A stretch of DNA of 64,000 bases from a virus: positions 64,001 through 128,000 of the IMG/VR virus record IMGVR_UViG_3300045912_000789; one strand, 5' to 3'. Made by a program: the position numbers and the translations under genes. Below, piece after piece: positions 19,222-28,700 of the stretch. Below the pieces are notes generated by a model that saw only the letters and a program-made list of their open reading frames with translations, made no database searches and had not been told where the DNA came from. Position 1 is the first letter of the stretch. Every line of letters starts with the position of its first letter.

Positions 19222-21143
19222 TGTTCTTCAGCGGCGTTTCAGGTTCTGCCCTCGGCATGGGTGGTCGGATGGCGGTGAGCGGCAACGCGAACCGCAGCGA
19301 GATCCTCGGCCGTAGGTACCAGCCCTTCGCGAACCCCTTCTTCGATCAGGCGAGCACGTACACGCCGCCGTCGATCAAGGCACTGTTCGGGTTCTGTCGG
19401 TTCTACTTCCTGACGCACGGCATCATCAACGCCGTCGTCACCAAGGCCGCCGAGTACCCGGTCACCGATCTCATCCTCCAGCACAAGGACGAGGGCGTCC
19501 GCTCGCGGTGGGAGGAGCTGCTGCTGGGCGTGATGAACTACCGCGTCCACCAGTACGAGATCAACCTCGACTACTTCGTCTACGGCAACGCGTTCCTCAG
19601 CGCGAGCTTCCCGTTCCGCAAGAAGCTGATCTGCGGCAACAGCATGTGCCGCGCAGAGCACGACTGCCTCAACGTCCGGCCGAGCTGGCGCTACATCAGC
19701 GGTCGGTTCTGGTTCCAGTGCCCGACCTGCGGTCAGACCGACTTCGCTCGGAGCCGCGACGACTACTATCCGAAGTACAGCGAGATCGGTCTGATCCGCT
19801 GGAACCCGGAGTACGTCCACATCTTCTACAACGAGGCCACCGGCCGGATGGACTACGGGCTCGACATCAGCCCGGACTTCCGCGCGCAGGTCATGATGGG
19901 CCGCAAGGATCTCGTCGCGACCACACCCGAGATCTTCCTCGAAGCCGTCCGCACGCACCGTCAGCTCGTGTTCGACAAGTCCGAGGTCTTCCACATGCGG
20001 AGGCCCGGGCTGTCCACGATGTCGCGCGGCTGGGGCATCCCGCTGCTCATGCCGGTGCTGAAGGATGCCTTCTACATCCAGGTGATGCGCAAGGCGCAGG
20101 AGGCCGTGCTCCTCACGCACCTCGTGCCGCAGATCTTCCTGTTCCCGCAGCCGGCCACCGCCGGCGCGGATCCGTTCACGACGGTGGACCTCGCGAACTG
20201 GCGAGACCACATCCGGCGCGAGCTGGCGCGCCAGCGCGTCGACCCCAGCTACTACGGCATCCTGCCGTTCCCGCTCGGTCACCAGGTCATCGGCGAGAAC
20301 GGGCGCAGCCTGCTGCTGATGCCGGAGATCCAGCAGATGTACGAGATCATGGTGGCGGGCCTCGGCTTCCCCATCGATCTCGTCTTCGGTCACGGCACGT
20401 ACGCCGGCACCAGCGTGTCGATGCGCATGCTGGAGAACTTCTTCCTCTCGAACGTGCTCGGCCATCACCGCCTGCTCGACTGGGTGCTGAAGCGGATGGG
20501 CGCGTACATGAACTGGCCGCTGCCGCAGGGCCGCTTCAAGCCGTTCCGCATGGCGGACGATCTCCAGCGCCAGGCGATGATGATGCAGCTCAACCAGTTC
20601 GGGAAGGTGAGCGACGCCACCCTGCTCTCGTACACCGATCTCAAGGTCGAGGACGAGGCGGAGCTGATGCTCAAGGAGGCGAAGGTCAAGGCGGAGGCGC
20701 TCCGACAGAAGACGCTCGTCGAGGCCGAGGCCCAGGGTGAGGCTCAGCTCGTGATCGCCAAGTACCAGGCACAAGCCCAGGCGGCGATGCAGAAGGGCAT
20801 GCTGAAGGAGACCGCGCCGAAGCGGACGCCGTTCGACGAGATCCAGGGTCAGAGCGCAGCAGCCCAGCCGGGCGGCTACTCGATGGACGCCGTCGCGGCG
20901 GCTCTGGCGAACAAGATCAAGACGATGCCGCCCGAGCAGCAGAAGGTGTACCTCCAGCAGCTCCAGCAGAAGGCCCCCGAGATGGGCGAGCTGCTGGCGC
21001 AGCAGGGGCTCATGATGCCGCCCGAGGCCGGGGCGGTCCTGCCGGGCCAGGACGGCTCCCAGGGCGCGATGCCGGCCCCTCCGGCGGTCGACATGCGCCC
21101 GATGCCCGAGCAGCTCCCTCCGCGCCGCGCAGGGGCCGTCTGA
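19221..21143 (+). CDS. portal protein (putative) with Zn-finger insertion
   Basis: YFLTHGIINAVVTKAAEYP, DYFVYGNAF, FHMRRP, GWGIP motifs; helical C-terminus with Q/P tail. Confidence 0.65.
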   Translation: MFFSGVSGSALGMGGRMAVSGNANRSEILGRRYQPFANPFFDQASTYTPPSIKALFGFCRFYFLTHGIINAVVTKAAEYPVTDLILQHKDEGVRSRWEELLLGVMNYRVHQYEINLDYFVYGNAFLSASFPFRKKLICGNSMCRAEHDCLNVRPSWRYISGRFWFQCPTCGQTDFARSRDDYYPKYSEIGLIRWNPEYVHIFYNEATGRMDYGLDISPDFRAQVMMGRKDLVATTPEIFLEAVRTHRQLVFDKSEVFHMRRPGLSTMSRGWGIPLLMPVLKDAFYIQVMRKAQEAVLLTHLVPQIFLFPQPATAGADPFTTVDLANWRDHIRRELARQRVDPSYYGILPFPLGHQVIGENGRSLLLMPEIQQMYEIMVAGLGFPIDLVFGHGTYAGTSVSMRMLENFFLSNVLGHHRLLDWVLKRMGAYMNWPLPQGRFKPFRMADDLQRQAMMMQLNQFGKVSDATLLSYTDLKVEDEAELMLKEAKVKAEALRQKTLVEAEAQGEAQLVIAKYQAQAQAAMQKGMLKETAPKRTPFDEIQGQSAAAQPGGYSMDAVAAALANKIKTMPPEQQKVYLQQLQQKAPEMGELLAQQGLMMPPEAGAVLPGQDGSQGAMPAPPAVDMRPMPEQLPPRRAGAV

Positions 21144-21162
21144 GGGCAAAGTAGACGGGCGA

Positions 21163-21184
21163 AGCCCGGGGCTGTCCCCGGGCT
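21163..21184. terminator. bidirectional hairpin between convergent genes
   Basis: 9-bp stem agcccgggg/ccccgggct. Confidence 0.6.
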
Positions 21185-22625
21185 ACGACCACAGCTTGTA
21201 GAGGTTCGGCGGGGTGTAGTCCGCCAGGACCCTCTCGATGTGCTTCCACTGGGGGTGGGAGCGTACGGCGTTCTCGATGTCCGGGCTCGATGCCCCGTGC
21301 GGCTTCAGGAGCGCGAGGAACGAGATCGTGTCGTTCTCCGTGACGTCCCGCAGAGCCTCACGGACCATGATCGATTCACGGTTCATGCGGTGCAGACGGT
21401 CCATCACTGTCTCCCAGTCGGCGATCGACGAGGCGTCGGTGATGCGGAGGTTCTTGGCGGCGCGGTCCGCCTCGTTCTCGATGTTCGGCAGACGCTTCAC
21501 TCGGCCTGGGTGATCGGTGAGGAAGCGCCTGAGCACGACCGGCCCGAGCTTCTCGGCGTACGGCAGAGCCGCAGCCCGCAGCCCAGGCTGCTTCGTCACC
21601 GGCTCGATCAGCATCCAGTCCATCTCGTCGAGGATGTTGATGATCCCGATTGAGCGCACAGCGCGGACCTCGTCGATGGTGGGGGCGCGCCCGATGCGCT
21701 CCAGGATCTCCTTGCGGACGTCCGGAGCGCTCTGGGCGAGCTGGCGCAGGCCCATCACGTAGTGCTCTTCGGAGGTGTCGCTTCGGAAGAGCGCCACCAT
21801 CTTCCGCGACCCTTGGAGATCGTCGAACAGGCTCGCGGCTCTCTGTGGCGTGCAGAGCCGGACGAAGACGGCCATGTCCGCGTAGCGGAACCCGCCCTTC
21901 TTGTCGCCGGTGCACAGCTTGCGGGCCTGGTCGAACGCTGCCTCGCGCATGGCAGGCAGCACGTCGCGGTTCTTCAGGCCCGAGATCATCGCGAACGCTT
22001 CGATGTTCTGGGGCCCGAGCCGCTGCTTCAGGCGGTGGGTGTAGCTCTCGGGCGTGAACGCACCTTCGAGGTAGAACGAGTCGACCTGATCATCCATCGC
22101 GACACGAGGGAGCCGAAGCTCCTCGAAGTCGGGGATGACCCAGGTGCGCGTCATGTTCCGATCCGTGAACCACTTCCCCCAGTCCATCTTGCCGAGGTCG
22201 GGGTCGCGGAAGAACTCCGGCATCTTCGCCGCCGCCCACCGATCCCGCGACTTGATCAGCGCCGCACGCTCTTCGAGGACGAGCTTCGCCGCTTCCTCGT
22301 TCCCGAACACGGCGTAGTACGCGGCGATGTGGAGCGGGTCGCTGAGTCCGTGATCGTCGTCGGTCTTGTACGGGTTCTTGTACCCGATGCCAGCCGTTCG
22401 TAGCCGCACCGGGTTGATCCCGTACGCCACCGCCTTCGACCACGTCACGTCGCTGTCGAGCTGGCTGGTCTCCTGCACGAGGCCCAGGATCTGTCGTAGA
22501 CGATCCCCGGACGCCATGAGCATCGCGTCGAAGGTCCGGTTCTCCGAGACGCTGATGTAGCTGTACCTGAAGAACCGCTCTCGGATGATCTGGTTCGCCA
22601 GGTTCTGGATGAGAGAGATCACCAT
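21183..22625 (-). CDS. hypothetical alpha-helical protein (480 aa) downstream of MoxR-vWA
   Basis: Overlaps the vWA stop; long ORF with coding-like bias. Confidence 0.7.
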   Translation of the reverse strand: MVISLIQNLANQIIRERFFRYSYISVSENRTFDAMLMASGDRLRQILGLVQETSQLDSDVTWSKAVAYGINPVRLRTAGIGYKNPYKTDDDHGLSDPLHIAAYYAVFGNEEAAKLVLEERAALIKSRDRWAAAKMPEFFRDPDLGKMDWGKWFTDRNMTRTWVIPDFEELRLPRVAMDDQVDSFYLEGAFTPESYTHRLKQRLGPQNIEAFAMISGLKNRDVLPAMREAAFDQARKLCTGDKKGGFRYADMAVFVRLCTPQRAASLFDDLQGSRKMVALFRSDTSEEHYVMGLRQLAQSAPDVRKEILERIGRAPTIDEVRAVRSIGIINILDEMDWMLIEPVTKQPGLRAAALPYAEKLGPVVLRRFLTDHPGRVKRLPNIENEADRAAKNLRITDASSIADWETVMDRLHRMNRESIMVREALRDVTENDTISFLALLKPHGASSPDIENAVRSHPQWKHIERVLADYTPPNLYKLWS

Positions 22626-23830
22626 GAGACGTCCATGAAGAAGTTGCGCCCCCAGGGCTGAGGTCGACCGTTCTGCGGGATGACCCAGATCGTGTTGGGG
22701 TAGGCCCGCTCGGGCAGGAAGATGTGCCCGTCCGTGAGGCATGCGCAGGCCTTCGGCTTGAACTTGTCGTACAGCTCGAAGACGCCGCGCACCGAGGTGT
22801 GGCTGTGGGCTCCGGAGAGGAACTTCACGTTCTCCAGGATCTTCGCCGGATGCTTGGTCCGATGGACCTCGCGGACCACGGCGTCGAAGGTCACGACGAT
22901 CGTCTCGGTTGCGCGCATTGCTGCGGGCATCACGTTCGAGATGAAGGTCTTCATCAGGGTAGGTCCGACGGAAGCCGAGACGTCGATCGCGAGCAGGAGC
23001 TTCTGTTCCTTCACCGACCGCATCGACGGCAGCGTGATGTCGGGGAAGTATCTCGCCTTCGGAGGGGCGTACGTCGGCATGTCGTAGCCCATGTCGGCGA
23101 GGAGCCGGCCGCGCAGCAGCCTCGACCAGGGCACGCTGCCCTTGATGATCTCTTCGAGTCGGCTGGATACGGTCTTGCCGAACATCTGCTCCAGCGTCTG
23201 GTTCTTCACCTGCTGCTGGATCAGGACGGCCTGCTGAAGCTCCTCGGTGAACTTCCGGCGGAACTCCTCCTCCTCCTGACCGACCGTCGACTTGTTCTCC
23301 GCGTCCCGATCGAACAGGAAGTCGGTGCCCTTCTCGATCTCGCCCTTGCCCTTCGCCGGAGCCGGCATGGGGTGCTTCTTCTCGATGAGGGCGTCGTAGA
23401 TCTGCTCGGCGGTCATGTCCTTCGCCCACTCCGGCGGGATCACGCCGTCCTCCGGCGGCTTCCACTGCTTGCCACCGTCTCGCGAGAGGATGCTGCACGC
23501 CTCTCGGACGACCACGATGTCCGCGGCGATGTTCCAGACCTTGCGGTTGCGATCACCGCATCGGGCGACGTGGTTGAAAAAGATGTGCAGCCACTCGTGG
23601 AGCGTGTCGAACACGCGCCCGTCGTGCTCGTTCTTCTTGATCCACTTCGGGGCGTAGTGCACGCGGCGCCCGTCGGTGGCCATGGTGTCGATCGTGGGGT
23701 CTTCCACGACCTCTACGGCCTCTCCCAGGTAGGAGAGGCCGCAGAGCGGGAAGAACAGCAGCAGGTCCTGGAGGGCCCGCCGGAACATCTCGTAGGCCTC
23801 ACGGTCCTTGATGCTGTTCTCGATGATCAC
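22619..23830 (-). CDS. DUF2201-type metallopeptidase-vWA protein
   Basis: TMATDGR, HEWLH (HExxH), WNIAADIV, MIDAS DVSAS, LTDG. Confidence 0.88.
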   Translation of the reverse strand: MIIENSIKDREAYEMFRRALQDLLLFFPLCGLSYLGEAVEVVEDPTIDTMATDGRRVHYAPKWIKKNEHDGRVFDTLHEWLHIFFNHVARCGDRNRKVWNIAADIVVVREACSILSRDGGKQWKPPEDGVIPPEWAKDMTAEQIYDALIEKKHPMPAPAKGKGEIEKGTDFLFDRDAENKSTVGQEEEEFRRKFTEELQQAVLIQQQVKNQTLEQMFGKTVSSRLEEIIKGSVPWSRLLRGRLLADMGYDMPTYAPPKARYFPDITLPSMRSVKEQKLLLAIDVSASVGPTLMKTFISNVMPAAMRATETIVVTFDAVVREVHRTKHPAKILENVKFLSGAHSHTSVRGVFELYDKFKPKACACLTDGHIFLPERAYPNTIWVIPQNGRPQPWGRNFFMDVSW

Positions 23831-25032
23831 GACGTGGTTCCTTGGTCTGTGGCAGCCGAGATCTTGCTGCCCGGGACGGCCTTCTGCTTCCCGTCGGAGG
23901 TCAGCGTGTACTCGGCGAGCATCTCGTCTCCCGTCTCGGGGAAGTGGCTCGCGATGTTCACGCGGACCTTGTGCTTGAGCTGCACGATCAGCGCGACGCG
24001 CATCTCGCCGTCGAGAGCAGGGACCCACTTCTTCAAGCCCACGTGCTTCTTCTCGACGCCCTTCACGTTGAGGTACTGGGCGACGGCGAAGACCGAAGCG
24101 TACTGCTGCATCCGGCGAGCAGCGGCGTCGCCGGAGAGCTGAAGGTTCCCGCGGTGTAGGATCTCCTGGACGTCGACCTTCTGGATGATCTCGTACCAAG
24201 CCCAGAAGTCGTTCGCGACGTGGTCGCCGACCTTGCGCGCGACGATGCCCTTCCAGTTCTCCTTCGCTCCGTTCTGGAACACGTCCTCCACCGGGTTGAA
24301 GTACTCGAAGAGCTGCTGCGAGGCCTCCCACCACCCGCGCGGGGTGGGGAACCGCGCCACGCCTTCCTTCCACTCGTGGAGGTGGGCCGGCTTGAACTGG
24401 AGGTAGCCGATCACGGCTTCGTGGATCTCGCCGCTGTCGCGGCCGTACTCGGTGAAGCTGAGGATGTCCGGTGCCATCTCGATGATGGTCATGCGGGTCC
24501 GCAGCGACTCCGAGATCTCGTTCGCGTAGATGTCGTCGTCGAGCCTGTTCCCGGCGCCCATGATGAGGGTGCCGGGGTGCAGGTCCTTGTCGCGGAACTT
24601 GCGGTTCGCGGTGACGCCGAGCAGGGCGCCCTGCACGACCGGCGGAGCCTTGTCGAGGTCGTCGAAGAAGAGGAAGCCCGGCTGGATGCACGCCATGGCG
24701 GCGTAGCGGTTCAGCACCCACTCCATGTACGCGCCCCGCGCGCCGGCCTTCTCCGACTCGGTGCCGTTCTGCATCAGCCACCGGATCATGCCGGGAACGG
24801 GCACCCCCGACACGTCCGTGGCGTCGCTGTTCTCGCCGCAGTTGATCGCGAGGAGCGTGAGCGAGTAGTGCTCACAGGCGCGACGAGCGATGGCGGTCTT
24901 GCCGCCGCCCACCGGCCCGAGGAGCAGCGGGTTGTTGAGCGGGTGTTCGACGCCCTTCTGGATCAGCTTCGTCTGCATCTCCAGCTCGCGGCGTACCAAG
25001 ATCTCGGCCGGCTTGAACCCGTACGTCGTCAT
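23827..25032 (-). CDS. MoxR-family AAA+ ATPase
   Basis: GPVGGGKT, LFFDDLD, GAGNR, LRTR, FPTPRGW. Confidence 0.88.
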   Translation of the reverse strand: MTTYGFKPAEILVRRELEMQTKLIQKGVEHPLNNPLLLGPVGGGKTAIARRACEHYSLTLLAINCGENSDATDVSGVPVPGMIRWLMQNGTESEKAGARGAYMEWVLNRYAAMACIQPGFLFFDDLDKAPPVVQGALLGVTANRKFRDKDLHPGTLIMGAGNRLDDDIYANEISESLRTRMTIIEMAPDILSFTEYGRDSGEIHEAVIGYLQFKPAHLHEWKEGVARFPTPRGWWEASQQLFEYFNPVEDVFQNGAKENWKGIVARKVGDHVANDFWAWYEIIQKVDVQEILHRGNLQLSGDAAARRMQQYASVFAVAQYLNVKGVEKKHVGLKKWVPALDGEMRVALIVQLKHKVRVNIASHFPETGDEMLAEYTLTSDGKQKAVPGSKISAATDQGTTS

Positions 25033-25412
25033 TCGTCCTCCTCGTCTTCCTCTTCTTCGTCTTCGTCTTCGTCGTCTTCGGCTTCCTCGGCGTACATCGC
25101 CTGTTCGACGAGATCCGTGTAGCACTGCTCGTGCGCGTACTTCGTGACTGTCTCGTCCGTGACGAAGCCGAGCTGGTTGTTCGGCAGCTTCACGATCTGG
25201 AGCTTGGCGTCCGGGTCCGGCACGAACATCGGGACGTCGAACTCTCGGCTCGGGAAGATCATCCCCGGGATCATCATGATGACGGGGGTGCCCACCCCGA
25301 CGTTCTCTTCCCCGCAGAGATCGCACGGGGCGGTGATGTCGTCGAAGCCCTCGAAGTTGTTCGGGGGCTCCGCTTCGGCTTCCATCTGCTCTCTGCTGAT
25401 CTTGTCCTTCAT
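25029..25412 (-). CDS. hypothetical protein with acidic tail
   Basis: CDLC...HEQC; poly-D/E C-terminus; ATGA coupling. Confidence 0.65.
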   Translation of the reverse strand: MKDKISREQMEAEAEPPNNFEGFDDITAPCDLCGEENVGVGTPVIMMIPGMIFPSREFDVPMFVPDPDAKLQIVKLPNNQLGFVTDETVTKYAHEQCYTDLVEQAMYAEEAEDDEDEDEEEEDEEDE

Positions 25413-25520
25413 TCAGCCTCCGATGAGCCATCTCCAGAACGGGCTGTTTGTCACGGCGTCGACCACACCGAGGGCGAAGCCAGCGGCGAACGACCAGAAC
25501 ACGACCGAGAAGAGGCTCAC
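25413..25520 (-). CDS. small membrane protein (35 aa; not in ORF track)
   Basis: MSLFSVVFWSFAAGFALGVVDAVTNSPFWRWLIGG; GTGA coupling and GGAGGA RBS. Confidence 0.55.
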   Translation of the reverse strand: MSLFSVVFWSFAAGFALGVVDAVTNSPFWRWLIGG

Positions 25521-25657
25521 CCGGGTTCCTCCGAGAGGCCCTCGATGGACTTCTCCAGCGCCTCGTTCAGGTCGTTCTCGAACCTGGTCAGGCTGTCGTC
25601 GTGCTCGTACTGGTCCTGGTCTTCGGCTTCCTTCGTCTGTTCGTTGGGATCGTGCAT
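25517..25657 (-). CDS. small acidic protein (46 aa)
   Basis: GGAGG RBS directly after the promoter motif. Confidence 0.6.
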   Translation of the reverse strand: MHDPNEQTKEAEDQDQYEHDDSLTRFENDLNEALEKSIEGLSEEPG

Positions 25658-25671
25658 CTGGTCCTCCACGC

Positions 25672-25703
25672 CTGCTGATAGCTGCGAGGACGCTCGCGTT
25701 GAC
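25672..25703 (-). promoter_or_regulatory. Phage-specific promoter-like motif GTCAA-N16-GCTATCAGCAG
   Basis: Repeated motif immediately upstream of the RBS. Confidence 0.65.
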
Positions 25704-25728
25704 CCATATTCGAGGGCGCGGGTAGACT
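25699..25728 (+). promoter_or_regulatory. sigma70-like promoter TTGACC-N18-TAGACT for the RNAP gene (leaderless predicted)
   Basis: GTG start 6 nt after the -10; no RBS. Confidence 0.6.
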
Positions 25729-25734
25729 GCGTGG

Positions 25735-28700
25735 GTGCTGACATCGGACCCCCACCACCAGTTCGAGGAACTGAAGGATCAGCTCCTTCAGCAGATCGGC
25801 CAGACTTTCCCGGTGAAGGACCGGTCGGGTCGGTTCGAGGTGCGCGTGAGCGACCTCAAGATCGAGGATCGTCTCGGGGTCGACGACATCAAGGACCAGT
25901 TCAAGGCGAAGATGGAGGGCCGGTCGTGGGCCGCTCCCGTCGTCGGAACGATCGAGATCGTCGACACCACGTCGGGGAAGACGCTGGTCAGCAAGAAGAA
26001 CTCGCCGGTCGCCAAGATCCCGAAGCTGACGCGTCACTACAGCTACATCATCGGCGGGTCGGAGAAGTTCATCGCGAACCAGTGGCGCCTGCGTCCGGGC
26101 GTCTACGTGAAGGCGACCGAGAAGCCCGGCGAGTTCGAGGCGCAGTTCCAGCTCGCCAAGGGCCGCAGCTTCGATCTCCAGACCGGTGACAGTGGCGAGA
26201 TCTACATGAAGCTGGGGTCGCGGAAGATCCCGCTCTACAGCGTTCTGAACGCCATGGGCGTCGACGACGAGGCGATGAAGAAGGCGTGGGGTGCCGACGC
26301 CTACGAGGCATCGCGCAAGAAGGCCAACGTCGCGCGCGACCTCAAGTCGCTCTACGAGACCTGGCGCAAGGAACCGCTCGGGGAGAAGGCCGATCCGGTC
26401 CTGGAGACGAAGGCCATCTTCGAGGGCACCCGCATCGATCCGGTCGTGGCGCACGCCAACGTCGGTGTGAAGTCCGAGCGGGTCGACAGTAGCGTGCTCT
26501 TCGAGGCCTCGAAGAAGCTGCTGGACGTCGCCGCCAAGCGGAAGGATCCGGACCCCATCGACAGCCTCCGATACAAGGAGCTGTGGACCGCGAAGGACCA
26601 GTTCGTCGATCGGATCGCCAAGGCCGCACCCGACATCGAGTCTCGGATCCAGCGCGCGCTGGGGAAGCCCACGGTTCAGCGTCGTCTGGCGTCGGGCGAC
26701 CACAGCGTCCTGCGCGACGTGTTCATGCCCGACCTCATCCAGCGCCCGCTCTACCACGTCTTCACGACGTCCCTGGCGGCGAACGGGAAGCAGACGAACC
26801 CCGTCTCGATGCTCTCGGACCGGTCCATGGTGACGATCACGGGACCGGGCGGCATCCAGAACCCGCACGCGCTGTCGAAGAGCAACACGTCGCTCGACCC
26901 GTCGCACCTCGGCTTCCTCGACCCGGTGTTCACGCCCGAGTCGAACGCCGGCGTGAACACGCACCTCACCTTCGGTGTGTCGATCAAGGATCGGAAGCCG
27001 TACGTCCGGCTCTACAACACGAAGACCGGGAAGATGGAGGACGTCGACGCCGCGACCGCGGCAGTCTCGAACGTTGTCCTCCCCGACCAGGTGCGGTGGG
27101 AGAAGGGCACGCCGAAGCCCCTCAGCAAGACGGTCCGGATGTCGGACTCCCGCGGCCACATGCGCGACGACATCGCGTTCTCCTCGGCCGACTACGTGAT
27201 GCCGAGCGCGGCGCAGGTCTTCGCCGTCGAGACGAACCTCGTGCCGTTCATGCAGAACGACAGCGCCGGACGCTCGACGATGTCGGCTCGGCACATGGCC
27301 CAGGCCATCTCGGTGGTCGGCCGTGAGCCGCCCAAGGTGCAGGTCGAGGCCGGCGCCGGGAAGTCGTTCGAGGCGATCATGGGCTCCGGGTTCCTCGCGC
27401 ACCGCGCCAAGGCGGACGGTGTGGTGAAGGAGATCAAGAAGGACGAGATCGTCATCCAGGGCAAGGACGGGACGCATTCGGTTCACCTCTATCACCACTA
27501 CCCAACGAACGATCCGAAGGGCCAGCTTCACAGCTCGCCGCTGGTGAAGCCGGGGGACCGCGTCCGAGCCGGGCAGATCGTCGCGGACAACAACTACACG
27601 AAGAACGGCACGCTCGCGCTGGGCGCGAACCTGCGCGTGGCGTACCTGGCCAACGGCTCGAACCACGAGGACGGCATCGTCATCTCGCGAAGCGCCGCCG
27701 ACCGCTTGGCGTCCGAGCACCTCTACAAGCCCAGCATGCTCCTCTCCGACACCCACGTGCTCGGGAAGAAGGAGTTCCTGATCGGCAAGCCGGGGGTCTA
27801 CTCGAAGGATCGCATCGACAAGATCGGTGACGACGGCATCGTCAAGCCCGGTACGAAGGTGAAGCCGGGCGACCCGCTCGTGCTGGCGCTCGGCGAGGTC
27901 ATGCTGCCCGGGACCGCCGACATCAACGCGAAGTACAAGATCGGCAAGCGCCTCCGCAACAAGTACCAGAACAGCTCGATGGTCTGGGACGGCGACTACG
28001 AGGCCGAGGTCGTGCGTGCGGAGCGCGTCGGCAAGAACGTCGTCGTCCACCTCAAGACCCTGGAGCCGGCGCAGATCGGCTCGAAGATCTCCACGCGCCA
28101 CAGTGCGAAGGGCATCGTCACGGAGATCATCGACGACAAGGACATGCCCCACGACGAGAAGGGCAAGCCCGTGGAGATGCTGATCAACCCGGTCAGCGTG
28201 CCCGGACGCATGAACCCCGGCCAGCTCCTGGAGACGGCCGCGGGGAAGATCGCGGACAAGACGGGACGCCCGTACTTCGTCCGCAACTTCCAGGGAGGCA
28301 CCGACTACCTCAAGAAGATCCAGGACGAGCTGAAGCAGCACGGACTGAAGGACACCGAGACGCTCTACGACCCGAAGACGGGCCGGAAGCTCGGCGACGT
28401 GATGGTCGGTCCGCACTACGCCTTCCAGCTCGAACACCAGATCGACAAGAAGACGCACGTGCGCGCCGGCGGCTACGGCAGCGAGCTGCTCCAGTTCGAC
28501 GCGCCGAAGATCCACTACGACAACGACACGCGTGTCCCTCGCGGTGGCGGCCACACCGGCGCGCAGAGCCTCGGCAGCCTTGGCATCTACGCCGCGCTGG
28601 CCGCCGGCCTGAAGGACAACCTGCGCGAGATGCAGACGCTGAAGTCGGACCAGCCGCAGGCCCGTGAGGTCTGGGGCGCGCTGGCGAACGGTGAGCGCAT

